Assembly: GCA_964558415.1 (NCBI GenBank)
Contig: CAZLDI010000004.1
Location: 786-64,785, forward strand
Length of the DNA: 64,000 nucleotides
Direction: 5' to 3'
Source of the DNA: an uncultured Dehalococcoidia bacterium
Lineage (GTDB): Bacteria > Chloroflexota > Dehalococcoidia > SM23-28-2 > RBG-16-64-32
Part shown: piece after piece, positions 8,947 to 17,851 of the stretch
Numbering within the stretch: the first letter of the stretch is position 1
How the letters are laid out: every line of letters starts with the position of its first letter
Translations under genes and position numbers: made by a program
Notes under the pieces: model-generated
The model's input: only the letters and a program-made list of their open reading frames with translations
Databases searched by the model: none
Told to the model about the DNA's origin: nothing

Positions 8947-9192
8947 ATGATGCGAGCGTATGTGCTCATTGAGTCCGCGGTTGGCAAGGCTAGCTCAGTC
9001 GGTGAAGGTGTGAAGAAGGCAAGCTTCGCGGACGCGAAGGTGCTTTCGGTGGATGCAGTTACCGGGCCATTCGACGTCATTGCCCTCCTGGAATCAGACG
9101 ACCTGGACAAGCTTGGCCGGGCGATCACTGAGGGCATCCAGACGGTGGAGGGCGTGCAGCGCACGACCACCTGCCTGGTGGTGCGGCTGTAG
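8947..9192 (+). CDS. Stand-alone Lrp/AsnC-type ligand-binding (RAM) domain protein
   Basis: The 81-aa product MMRAYVLIESAVGKASSVGEGVKK...VTGPFDVIALLESDDLDKL resembles the C-terminal RAM domain of Lrp/AsnC regulators. No helix-turn-helix is present. Confidence 0.7.
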   Translation: MMRAYVLIESAVGKASSVGEGVKKASFADAKVLSVDAVTGPFDVIALLESDDLDKLGRAITEGIQTVEGVQRTTTCLVVRL

Positions 9193-9264
9193 CTCTCGAC
9201 CGTACGCTGACAACCCGGCATCGGTACACCCTGCCGTGAAGCTGATGCCGGGACACTGGGCGCG

Positions 9265-10560
9265 ATGATAGCCATCGAGGAGGCGCTCGAGAGAATTCTT
9301 CAGCACGTGGAGGTGATGCCTGCCGAAGATCGCGCGTTGCACGAGGCGCTGGGGCAGGTGTTGGCTGAGGACGTCGTGGCGGGGTTCGACATCCCGCCGC
9401 TGGACAACACCGCGATGGACGGATACGCCGTGCGGGCCACCGACACGAAGGGGGCGTCTGAGGCGGACCCGATCGAGCTGGAGGTGATCGGCGAAGTGGC
9501 CGCCGGGTACGTCTTTGACGGAGATGTGCGGCCAGGGACAGCCGTACGCATAATGACCGGGGCGCCGCTGCCAACGGGAAGTGATTCGATCGTGCCGTTC
9601 GAGGAAACGGACGAGCCGTTCGAGAAGCCCCCCGAAGGCAGCCGAAGCCTGGCAGCAAGCGTCCGCGTATTCAAGGCCGCCCAGCCGGGAGCTAACATCC
9701 GGCGCGCGGCGGAGGATATCGCTGCGGGTCAGACCGTAGTCAGGCGTGGCACCGTGCTACGGGCGCCCGAGATCGGCGTGATCGCTTCGGTCGGGCAAGC
9801 CAGGGTGATGGTGATCCGGCGGCCGGTCGTGGCGGTGCTGTCCACAGGAGACGAGTTGCTGGAACCGGGTCAGCCCCGGAGCGCGGCGCAGATTTACGAC
9901 GCTAACGCGGAGAGCGTAAGCGCCCTGGTGCGGCGCTACGGAGGTGTCCCGCGGCCGTTGGGAATCGCGAGAGACACCGTGGACGCGCTGACCGCCAAGA
10001 TCCACGAGGGGCTTGATGCAGACATGCTGATCACGTCCGCGGGGGTCTCGCGAGGCGACTACGACGTAGTCAAGGACGTGCTGATGCGAGAGGGAGAGAT
10101 CGACTTCTGGACCGTCGCAATGAAGCCGGGAAAGCCTCTCGCCTTCGGTTGCTTTGATCGCGACGGAAGGAAAATCCCGCACATTGGGCTGCCGGGGAAC
10201 CCCGTCAGCGCGATGGTGGCTTTCGAACTGTTCGGACGCCCGGCGATGTACAAGATGATGGGGAAGAGAGACTGGCGGCGGCCAACGGTGCGGGCGATCA
10301 CGCGGGACCGGATAGTCAATCGGAACGACCCGAGGGTGTTCCTGGCCCGCTGCATCGTGAGTGAGCGAGACGGACGCTACTACGCGTCTCTCACCGGCGA
10401 GCAGGGCTCTGGAATCCTGACCTCAATGATGAGAGCAAACGCCCTCACGCTAATCCCCGCCGAAGTAGACGTGGTCGAAGCCGGGGAGGAGATCGAAGTG
10501 TTGATGCTGGACTGGAGCCGCGGTGAGGAGTGGGGGTCCTATATCACCGAGCCGGTCTGA
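9265..10560 (+). CDS. moeA: Molybdopterin molybdenumtransferase MoeA
   Basis: 431 aa with PPLDNTAMDGYAV and the MoeA domain organisation. Confidence 0.85.
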   Translation: MIAIEEALERILQHVEVMPAEDRALHEALGQVLAEDVVAGFDIPPLDNTAMDGYAVRATDTKGASEADPIELEVIGEVAAGYVFDGDVRPGTAVRIMTGAPLPTGSDSIVPFEETDEPFEKPPEGSRSLAASVRVFKAAQPGANIRRAAEDIAAGQTVVRRGTVLRAPEIGVIASVGQARVMVIRRPVVAVLSTGDELLEPGQPRSAAQIYDANAESVSALVRRYGGVPRPLGIARDTVDALTAKIHEGLDADMLITSAGVSRGDYDVVKDVLMREGEIDFWTVAMKPGKPLAFGCFDRDGRKIPHIGLPGNPVSAMVAFELFGRPAMYKMMGKRDWRRPTVRAITRDRIVNRNDPRVFLARCIVSERDGRYYASLTGEQGSGILTSMMRANALTLIPAEVDVVEAGEEIEVLMLDWSRGEEWGSYITEPV

Positions 10561-10574
10561 GGGTTCGCGCTGGG

Positions 10575-10742
10575 CTAGAATCCAGACATTATGCTGCCAA
10601 ACCCGCCGGCGATGGCCAGTCCCAGAATTGCAACGACTATGACGCACACGGCGGCGATGAAGGCAAGTATCAGAGTGTATTCCGCCAGGTCCTGGCCGGC
10701 CTCGTCATGCAGTCGGGCGAAAAGTTGTCGCGTCGTTACCAT
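10575..10742 (-). CDS. flp: Flp/Fap family type IVb pilin (Tad pilus subunit)
   Basis: MVTTRQLFARLHDEAGQDLAEYTLILAFIAAVCVIVVAILG carries the G-x4-EY prepilin motif and a hydrophobic helix. The internal ATG at 10742 has a GAGGAAG RBS, while the tracked start at 10763 has none. Confidence 0.65.
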   Translation of the reverse strand: MVTTRQLFARLHDEAGQDLAEYTLILAFIAAVCVIVVAILGLAIAGGFGSIMSGF

Positions 10743-10867
10743 AACTTCCTCGTATCTCCCCATCCGCTATCGCCGCGGGTCACATCGATAGCCAGTTCAA
10801 CCAGTAAGACGGCTCGCACAAACGCATATCTCACGCGGACTGGTAAACAATCGGGAGAAATGCGACA

Positions 10868-11785
10868 TCAACTCGCAGTCAGGTTCACCACCTCCCCGCC
10901 CCGGCGAGCCGACTCGTAAACGGCGTCGACGACTCGGTGCGCCGCCAGAGCGGTCGCGAAGTCGGGGAAGGGGTCAGCTCCAGCGGTGACCGTCTTGAGA
11001 AAGAAATAGTCCTCAAGCGAATAGCGGAGCGCTCGATCAAAGTCCGGGATATTGAGACCGAGCGACGACCGATAGCGGCTACGCACCTCCTCCTCGCTGA
11101 TCACTTCAGGGATGTTGGCATGGACCTGAAAGTTGATGGGACCCAGGAAGTCGTTCTCTATGTGAAAGAAGCCGTTCTCGAAGAACAGCTCAAGGCGACG
11201 CGCGGAAGGGCGCCCGATTACGCTGTGCCAGACCGACACCAACTCCGCCTGACCGCCGCCGGCAAACTCCAGGTGAGCGATGGCGAGATCCTCCACACCT
11301 TCGTGCCCGGCGAAGTTCCGCACCGAGCCGCGGACCGTCGCGATCTCCCCGCAGAACCAACGGAGCAGATCGATGTCATGAATGGAGTGCTCCAGCAAAG
11401 TGCCAGCGCCGACGAGTTCGCGCTCCCCCGCGGCTGCCACTGCCTCCACCATCTCCTCGACGTCGGCTAGGTTCGTTGCCAGCGGCTTCTCGCAGAATAC
11501 GTGCTTGCCCCGTTCGACAGCGCGTAGCACCAGGGACTTGTGCATGGCCGTCGGAACACAGACGTAGACGATGTCGATATCCGGCGAATCGATCAGTTGG
11601 TTCGGATCGGCTAAGGCGCGCTCAACCCCCGCCGCCTCCGCGAAGGAGCGTGCCCGCGCAGCGTCTACGTGGCAGACGGCGACATAGCGCGCGTCCACCA
11701 GCCCTCGCGTGGTCACGTGGCGAATGGCTGCCGAGTGAAACCTGCCGATGAACCCGCAGCCGATGAGGCCGACGCCGAGCGTCAC
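10868..11785 (-). CDS. Gfo/Idh/MocA family NAD(P)-dependent oxidoreductase
   Basis: N-terminal Rossmann motif LGVGLIGCGFIGRFH followed by a C-terminal alpha/beta domain. Confidence 0.8.
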   Translation of the reverse strand: MTLGVGLIGCGFIGRFHSAAIRHVTTRGLVDARYVAVCHVDAARARSFAEAAGVERALADPNQLIDSPDIDIVYVCVPTAMHKSLVLRAVERGKHVFCEKPLATNLADVEEMVEAVAAAGERELVGAGTLLEHSIHDIDLLRWFCGEIATVRGSVRNFAGHEGVEDLAIAHLEFAGGGQAELVSVWHSVIGRPSARRLELFFENGFFHIENDFLGPINFQVHANIPEVISEEEVRSRYRSSLGLNIPDFDRALRYSLEDYFFLKTVTAGADPFPDFATALAAHRVVDAVYESARRGGEVVNLTAS

Positions 11786-11790
11786 CGCGA

Positions 11791-12444
11791 CTAAGGCTTC
11801 GCGTTGAGCCCGAAGAGGATACGGTCTACAGCGGGCACCACGAAGGAGCCGAAGGCATCTCGCCGCTCCTCGGGAGTGGCTTTCAGGGAGATGTGGCGTC
11901 CCAGAAGGCCCTCCTCGAACGTCATCAAGATCGTGTAGATCACCTGACGCGCCAGCGGCCCCGCAGCAGCTTCAGGAACCTCATTCTTTTCCTGGTAGCG
12001 TCGCAACACTGTCGTCAGCGCGTTCTCCCACAGGCTGATGAGGCGATCGTATTGTTCCAGCGCCGCGGAGTCGCCTCCCAGGCCCTCCATGAAGATGAGC
12101 CGCAGGAAGTCCCGGTTCTCCTCCATCATGTTCAGAGCGCCACGCGCCATCCAGTGCAACGTCTCCTGAAGCGGAAGCTCGGCCTGAACCCTCTCCAGGT
12201 CCTGCAGACGGCTCAGGAAGCCGCGCTCTTCCACCAACGCCTCCAGGAGTTCTCGCTTGGACTCGAAATGGTAGTAGATGGCGGCGTCGGTGATGCCCGC
12301 GCGCCGCGCGATATCCCTGACTGTGGTGCGAGCGAACCCGCGCTCGGAGAAGAGCCGGAGGGCAGCATCCAGGATCTGTTTTCGGGTATGGGGCCCCCGG
12401 CGGGTGCGCTTGGCGCCCTGGGCGTTGGCGATAGTCTTTTGCAT
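11791..12444 (-). CDS. TetR/AcrR family transcriptional regulator
   Basis: The helix-turn-helix ILDAALRLFSERGFARTTVRDIARRAGITDAAIYYHF is present. Starting at the ATG for MQKTIANAQ (12444) avoids overlap with the upstream gene. The track begins at 12567. Confidence 0.8.
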   Translation of the reverse strand: MQKTIANAQGAKRTRRGPHTRKQILDAALRLFSERGFARTTVRDIARRAGITDAAIYYHFESKRELLEALVEERGFLSRLQDLERVQAELPLQETLHWMARGALNMMEENRDFLRLIFMEGLGGDSAALEQYDRLISLWENALTTVLRRYQEKNEVPEAAAGPLARQVIYTILMTFEEGLLGRHISLKATPEERRDAFGSFVVPAVDRILFGLNAKP

Positions 12445-12515
12445 CTTATCCTGCTCTAGAGTGATTGTACCGGAACGTAGCACCGGTGGCGTGGCGGGGT
12501 CAATGAGATGCCGGT

Positions 12516-13247
12516 TCAGTAGGGCATCACGAAGCGCGCCAGCGGAAACTCTGTGTTGAGAACGCAATAGACAGCTGAGATGATGTTCCGCACTGGAAAC
12601 AGCCCCCAGGGATTTTCCGTCGACGGTTCCAGGCTGACCCCACCCCGACCTCGAATCGCTTCGATGACCTCGTACTCGGGATCGATCTGCACCATCTGTA
12701 CCAGATCGTGACGCTTCCCTTCCTCCAGCGACGGCGTGAGGCGAACGCTCAACGTTGGATCAAGACGGACTGCTTCGCCGTCAATCGCGTTGCCGGCGGT
12801 CAGGGTCACTTCGACCAGAGTCGAGTCGCCGCTGGACACGCCGGCGGATGCGGCGTCCGGCTTTGTTTCCAGGTGGACCTGCCCCAGTTTGCAAGGAATT
12901 CCCCACAGCTCACGCAGGCCAGAGAACGCCAGCGGGTTGTCTACTACCGACTGAACCACGAACGCCCGGACAAAGAAACCCGCGCGGCAGCCGATGTACT
13001 GCGTCGCCAGTGAGAACGGCCCAACCGGGGATGCGGGGTAGTCGGCTACGGTGACGATAGCGTAGGCGGGGGCGGACCGGGTGAGCTTCGGCGGCAGCCA
13101 TTGCAAGACCGGCTCAGCATCCGTTTCATAGACCACCTTGAGAACGCGCGCGCCGGGCGTGTTCCACGGCGGGGCGGGGTACGGCGGGGACATGGCGGGG
13201 ACGGTGTGCGGGAGCCTCTCCTGAGTGAGGCGGCCGGAGTCTGGCAT
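12516..13247 (-). CDS. Acetoacetate decarboxylase (ADC) family protein
   Basis: An N-terminal PPYPAPPW motif and a length of about 240 aa are typical of the ADC-like family. The start may be the ATG at 13193. Confidence 0.55.
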   Translation of the reverse strand: MPDSGRLTQERLPHTVPAMSPPYPAPPWNTPGARVLKVVYETDAEPVLQWLPPKLTRSAPAYAIVTVADYPASPVGPFSLATQYIGCRAGFFVRAFVVQSVVDNPLAFSGLRELWGIPCKLGQVHLETKPDAASAGVSSGDSTLVEVTLTAGNAIDGEAVRLDPTLSVRLTPSLEEGKRHDLVQMVQIDPEYEVIEAIRGRGGVSLEPSTENPWGLFPVRNIISAVYCVLNTEFPLARFVMPY

Positions 13248-13250
13248 CGA

Positions 13251-14393
13251 TCAGGGCGTTGCCGACTGGGAGACAACCGGAGGGGCGGCCAGGGCGCTTG
13301 CGGCTGCGCCATCTTTGTCGAAGGCAGGCATGACTTGCTCAGCGAAGAGGCGCAGCGAGCGCAGGACGCGTTCCTGTGGGATCTGTTCGGCGGTGTTGAT
13401 GATCATGACCATGCGGTCGACGCCGATCTCTTCCCACATCTTGATGTTCTTGATGACGGTCTCGGGGCTCCCCACCGCCATGCCCTCGCGGACCGCGCCG
13501 CCGCCGCCGGGAGCTCGGTCCTCGGTGCCCTGCCGCACGGCGAAGAGGAGGCCGGGGGTCTTGTACGCAGGGCTGGGGTAGATCGAGCTGATGCCGACGA
13601 GGTGCGCGGCGAGATAAGCGAAGGTGTAGGCGAGCTTCGTGCCCCAGACGCCGGCCTCCTCGTCGGTCTCATCCACGTACATGAAAGTAACGCCGTTCAC
13701 TTGGTTGTTTACGAACGAGCCGACGGGTTCGCACGACTTGATCACGCGGCGGTAGTCCTCAACACGCTTGCGATACTCCTGAGGTGTGCCGATCGAGACA
13801 CCAAGACAGCCGATGCCGCGTTCCGCGGCCTGGATCGCGGTTTCCGGGCTGGATACAGCAACCCACATTGGGGGATGTGGCTTCTGCACAGGCTTCGGGA
13901 GGATGCTTCGTTCCGGCGTGGAGAAGTACTTCCCTTGCCAGGAGAACGTTTCCTGCGTCCACATTTTGGGGATTGCCGCCACCGCCTCTGCCCACATCTC
14001 CTTTGTCAGGTCAGGGTCGCACCCGAATCCGCCAAGTTCGGTCCACGTTGCGGACCTGCCCGTGCCGAACTCGAGGCGGCCGTTCGAGATGATGTCGAGC
14101 GCTGCTGCTCGCTCGGCGCAGCGGATGGGGTGATTGAAGGGTGGCAATACCACCGAGATCCCCTGGCCCAGACGGATGCGTTTTGTACGCGCGGCGGCCG
14201 CGGCAAGGAAGACCTCCGGCGCGGAGCAATGAGAATACTCCTCCAGGAAGTGGTGTTCGACGGCCCAGGTCTGATCAAACCCGAGCTGGTCGGCCAGCTC
14301 TATCTGCTCCAGCGCGTTGTGGTAGACCTCATGCTCGGACAGCGCATGCCACGGTCTGCCGACCGAGAGTTCGTGAAAGATGCCGAATTTCAT
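13251..14393 (-). CDS. LLM-class (luciferase-like) flavin/F420-dependent oxidoreductase
   Basis: MKFGIFHELSVGRPW... follows the bacterial luciferase-like TIM-barrel pattern. The N-terminus was trimmed to the ATG at 14393. Confidence 0.8.
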   Translation of the reverse strand: MKFGIFHELSVGRPWHALSEHEVYHNALEQIELADQLGFDQTWAVEHHFLEEYSHCSAPEVFLAAAAARTKRIRLGQGISVVLPPFNHPIRCAERAAALDIISNGRLEFGTGRSATWTELGGFGCDPDLTKEMWAEAVAAIPKMWTQETFSWQGKYFSTPERSILPKPVQKPHPPMWVAVSSPETAIQAAERGIGCLGVSIGTPQEYRKRVEDYRRVIKSCEPVGSFVNNQVNGVTFMYVDETDEEAGVWGTKLAYTFAYLAAHLVGISSIYPSPAYKTPGLLFAVRQGTEDRAPGGGGAVREGMAVGSPETVIKNIKMWEEIGVDRMVMIINTAEQIPQERVLRSLRLFAEQVMPAFDKDGAAASALAAPPVVSQSATP

Positions 14394-14453
14394 GCTCGAA
14401 TATGGTAGCACAGGCGGGGCCTGGCCACGCCCGGACCGGGCGTCGGTGGCCCG

Positions 14454-15665
14454 TTAGCGGATGACTTCTCGGGTCTTGAGCTCTTCTATCTGCTGCGCGG
14501 AGAAACCGAGGAGCTCGCCGAAGACGTAATCGTTGTCCTGGCCCATGACGGGCGCCGCGCGCCAGACCTCGTTCGGAGTCTCGGACATGCGCCACGGGAT
14601 GCCCGCGTGCTTGCGGACACCTACTTCAAGGTGCTCCTTCTCCACGAAGAAGCCCCGCTCTGCCAGGTGCGGGTCCGCATCGAGCTCGCGGTTCATCAAC
14701 GGGGCAAAGGCGGCGATGCCCGCCTTCTGGAGTCGGTGTGTGGCCTCGATGGCATCTTGTCCGCCCGACCACGCCTCCACGGCTGCGTCTAGCGCGTCCT
14801 CGTTCGCCTTGCGGTCGTCGAGCGTTCGGTAACGCGCATCGTCGGCGAGTGCCGGTGTTCCCATGACTTCGCAAAGCGCGCGCCACTCGGCATCGGATCC
14901 GCAGGCGATGCTGATCCAGCGGTCCTCGCCCGCGCAGCGGAACACTCCGTGTGGGGCCATGTTGGGCACCCGATTGCCGCTGCGAGGCGGCGGCGCGCCG
15001 TTCATCGCCTGCTCCATGAAACCCGCGCCGAGGAGGGTCATCGTGGCCTCCCACTGAGACATGTCGATGTACTGTCCCTTTCCGGTCCGCTCCCGATAAA
15101 GGAGGGCGGCGAGGACCGCGAAAGCGGCGTGCAACCCTGCGTTCGGATCGCCATAGGACATGCCGACGTGCATCGGCTGCCAGCCCGCGTATCCGGTGAG
15201 CTGGGACATGCCGGACAGCGGGACCTGCGCCGGACCGTAGGACACGAAGCCGGAGTCCGGGCCCGTCTGACCGTACCCGCCCATGCTGATCATGACCAGG
15301 TCCGGCTTCAGCTTGCGGAGGGCCTCGTAACCAACACCGAGTCGATTGGCGATGCCGCCGGCGAAGTTCTCCGCGGCCACATCGCTCATCACGACAATCT
15401 TGCGGGCGATCTCGATGCCTTCGGGCTTCGATATGTCGAGCGTCACGCTGCGCTTGCCCTGGTTGTACTGGTTGAAGTAGCCCGAGCGGTTCGGATTCGG
15501 CTGGCCGCCCGGCCAGGGCGGCAGCATCCGCAGCGTGCAGATCCGGCGCGTGGACTCCATCCGAATCACTTCCGCTCCCATGTGAGCAAGCTGCATCGTG
15601 CAGGTGGGACCCGCCCAGACCCAGGTGAAATCAGCGACGCGGACGCCCGCGAGTGGGCCGGGCAT
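14454..15665 (-). CDS. CoA-transferase family III (CaiB/BaiF)
   Basis: GPLAGVRVADFTWVWAGPTCTMQLAHMGAEVIRMES is the family III signature. Confidence 0.85.
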   Translation of the reverse strand: MPGPLAGVRVADFTWVWAGPTCTMQLAHMGAEVIRMESTRRICTLRMLPPWPGGQPNPNRSGYFNQYNQGKRSVTLDISKPEGIEIARKIVVMSDVAAENFAGGIANRLGVGYEALRKLKPDLVMISMGGYGQTGPDSGFVSYGPAQVPLSGMSQLTGYAGWQPMHVGMSYGDPNAGLHAAFAVLAALLYRERTGKGQYIDMSQWEATMTLLGAGFMEQAMNGAPPPRSGNRVPNMAPHGVFRCAGEDRWISIACGSDAEWRALCEVMGTPALADDARYRTLDDRKANEDALDAAVEAWSGGQDAIEATHRLQKAGIAAFAPLMNRELDADPHLAERGFFVEKEHLEVGVRKHAGIPWRMSETPNEVWRAAPVMGQDNDYVFGELLGFSAQQIEELKTREVIR

Positions 15666-15666
15666 G

Positions 15667-16875
15667 CTAGATGATCCCTTCCGCCTGCAGTGCGGCCATC
15701 TCCGACGACGATAGGCCGAGCCGCCCGCCGAATACGGCTTCGTTGTGTTGGCCGAGCGTGGGCGCTGGAGAGCGGATCTCCCAGGGCGTCTGGCTGAGCT
15801 TGTAGGGGGCGCCGGGCTGCGTGATCGTCCCCGCCTGCGGGTAAGCGATGTTGACGAAGAATCCGCGCGCCTTCAGGTGCTCCGAGTTCACGAGGTCGGA
15901 CAACGTGGAAGCAGGGGCAAACGGCACGCGCTTCGCCTGCGCGGCGCGGTAGAGGTCATCGGTGTTCCACTGGCTCACCCACTCCTCCATGAACGGCCGC
16001 AGCGCGTCCCAGCTGGCGGCGCGGATGAAGCGGTTGGCGGCGACGTCCCACTGGGTCCACTCCGGGGTCTCCATCAGCTCCACCAGCGCTTGCCACTGGT
16101 GTTCTTCGATGCAGAGGGTGAATATCCAGCCCCCGTCCTTGCACTGGAAGAAGTCGATCGGTTGTATGGGCCGCTGGCCCCAGCGGACGACCGGGATCTC
16201 CAGGTACGACCACATGGCGAACGTCATTTCGAGGATGGCAGTGATGCACTCCTGCGCGGACACTTCGACGTGCTGGCCCTTGCCGGTTCGCCCGCGCGAG
16301 AACAGCGCGCCCATCGTGGCGACGGCGGCGTTGACGCCGGCCTGCAGCGCGCCCTGGTCGCCGAACGGGCGCAACGGCGGCATCTCTGGGTGGCCCGGCC
16401 AGCCGTTAAGCCACATCCAACCACCGGCGCTGAGCGTCGTGATGTCGTACGCCTTGTAGTCACGGTACGGGCCCGTTTCGCCGAACGGCGAGATGCAAGT
16501 CATCACTGCGTTCGGGTTGAGCGAGCGGAGCCGGTCGTGGTCCAGGCCGAGCGCCGATAGTTGCAGCGGCGGGAAGTCGTGCACGAAGACATCCACCTGC
16601 TTCAGCAAGCGCTCAAGGATGTCGCGACCCTTCGCCTGCGTCAGGTCCAGAGTGACACCCTGCTTATTGCAGTTGAAGTAGAGAAAGGTGCCGCTCTTCT
16701 CCAGATGTGGCCGGCCCCCTGGGAACGGACCAAGGGAGCGCGCCGGGTCGCCGGCCGGTGGTTCGATCTTGATCACGTCGGCGCCGAGGTCGGCCATGAG
16801 CTTCGCGGAATATGCGGCGGCGCCGGCGCCGCCGGCCTCGACGACGGTGAGGCCTTCGAGTGCTCGCTCTGCCAT
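15667..16875 (-). CDS. CoA-transferase family III (CaiB/BaiF)
   Basis: LEGLTVVEAGGAGAAAYSAKLMADLGADVIKIEPP. It lies 1 nt upstream of its paralog. Confidence 0.85.
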   Translation of the reverse strand: MAERALEGLTVVEAGGAGAAAYSAKLMADLGADVIKIEPPAGDPARSLGPFPGGRPHLEKSGTFLYFNCNKQGVTLDLTQAKGRDILERLLKQVDVFVHDFPPLQLSALGLDHDRLRSLNPNAVMTCISPFGETGPYRDYKAYDITTLSAGGWMWLNGWPGHPEMPPLRPFGDQGALQAGVNAAVATMGALFSRGRTGKGQHVEVSAQECITAILEMTFAMWSYLEIPVVRWGQRPIQPIDFFQCKDGGWIFTLCIEEHQWQALVELMETPEWTQWDVAANRFIRAASWDALRPFMEEWVSQWNTDDLYRAAQAKRVPFAPASTLSDLVNSEHLKARGFFVNIAYPQAGTITQPGAPYKLSQTPWEIRSPAPTLGQHNEAVFGGRLGLSSSEMAALQAEGII

Positions 16876-17071
16876 TAGTGGGACATATCATATTGGCGGC
16901 GCAGGGGACAAGCAATGCCACGATCAGGAAGTATTGCCTACAAAGTCGCTGACAGGTCCCGCACATCCTACCGACGCATGCCGGACTCCGGCCTCCCCCT
17001 ACCTGTGGCGCCTCGAAGGCGAAGAAGACACGGGCTGGCGGAAGGTCGCCACTCTTCGGTCATAACGCCGT

Positions 17072-17797
17072 CTACGAATAGGTCTGTTTGCCCAATTCTT
17101 CATCCTTAAGGAACAGAAACGGCGCGATGGTTCCAGTGTGCTTTTTCGCCACTGCGCCCAAGCTCCCAATCGTAAATAGCCTCGTGAGGGCACGGGCGAA
17201 CTTTTCGAGCCTAGCCACCAGGTCAGTCGCAATCGTCTCGTAGAGTTCGTCCCACCTGGTTGGGTCAACAAGCGTGCCCACCCATTCGCTGTCTTCCTTG
17301 AGCACGTCAAGTTCCAACTTCTTCCACTCTCGTTCAGGTGACGCTATATCGCTGGGCCGCCCAAGCACCACATTGAGGTCGTGGTATCGGGCGGCCTGCC
17401 CGAAATTCGATAGCATCTCCACCAACCTACGGAGCCGAGGGTCGCCCCTCAAATACTCGATGTCCTTTAGAGCGGCTGGAACACTCTCCACGTAGGCTGG
17501 GTTGAAGCAATGCATCGTTATCTTGTCCAGAAGGCGAACTAGGTCGTGGCCCTTGCTGCCACCGCGAAAAGTCGGGTCCCTTGGAGATGGGTACTCCCCT
17601 GTTTCCTGCAGCGCATGCAAGCAGATGATTGTCTTCATCAGCCGCTCAAAGCCGCTCGCCAGTAAGAGCATTGGCAGGTGATAGAAATCATTGGCCGCAC
17701 CCATTCGCTGAAGGCGTCCAAGACCTGCCTTGATCAGCTCAACCGAAGTCCTAATCTCTTCGCCGAGAGCCACGTGCTGCTCCACCGTCGCTGTCAT
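17072..17797 (-). CDS. Hypothetical all-alpha protein, partner of the SIR2-like gene. It carries a possible HEPN-like R-x5-H motif (FRGGSKGH).
   Basis: The 241-aa ORF is co-directional with the SIR2-like gene and 55 nt downstream of it, preceded by a GGAAGGA RBS. A/T-ending codons are frequent compared with neighbouring genes. Confidence 0.6.
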   Translation of the reverse strand: MTATVEQHVALGEEIRTSVELIKAGLGRLQRMGAANDFYHLPMLLLASGFERLMKTIICLHALQETGEYPSPRDPTFRGGSKGHDLVRLLDKITMHCFNPAYVESVPAALKDIEYLRGDPRLRRLVEMLSNFGQAARYHDLNVVLGRPSDIASPEREWKKLELDVLKEDSEWVGTLVDPTRWDELYETIATDLVARLEKFARALTRLFTIGSLGAVAKKHTGTIAPFLFLKDEELGKQTYS

Positions 17798-17851
17798 CTA
17801 GCTCTGAGTCCTTCCCGTCTTGCTGTCTCAACAATCCTCAAACGTTGGTCG

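Noticed and set aside
9125-9698. Minus-strand ORFs of 177 and 132 aa
   Set aside because: Antisense to moeA. Pro/Arg/Ser-rich and low complexity.
13101-14408. 435-aa plus-strand ORF
   Set aside because: Antisense to the luciferase-like oxidoreductase, which has clear family motifs. The plus-frame product is low complexity.
14949-16560. Plus-strand ORFs of 241 and 271 aa
   Set aside because: Antisense to the two CaiB/BaiF CoA-transferase genes.
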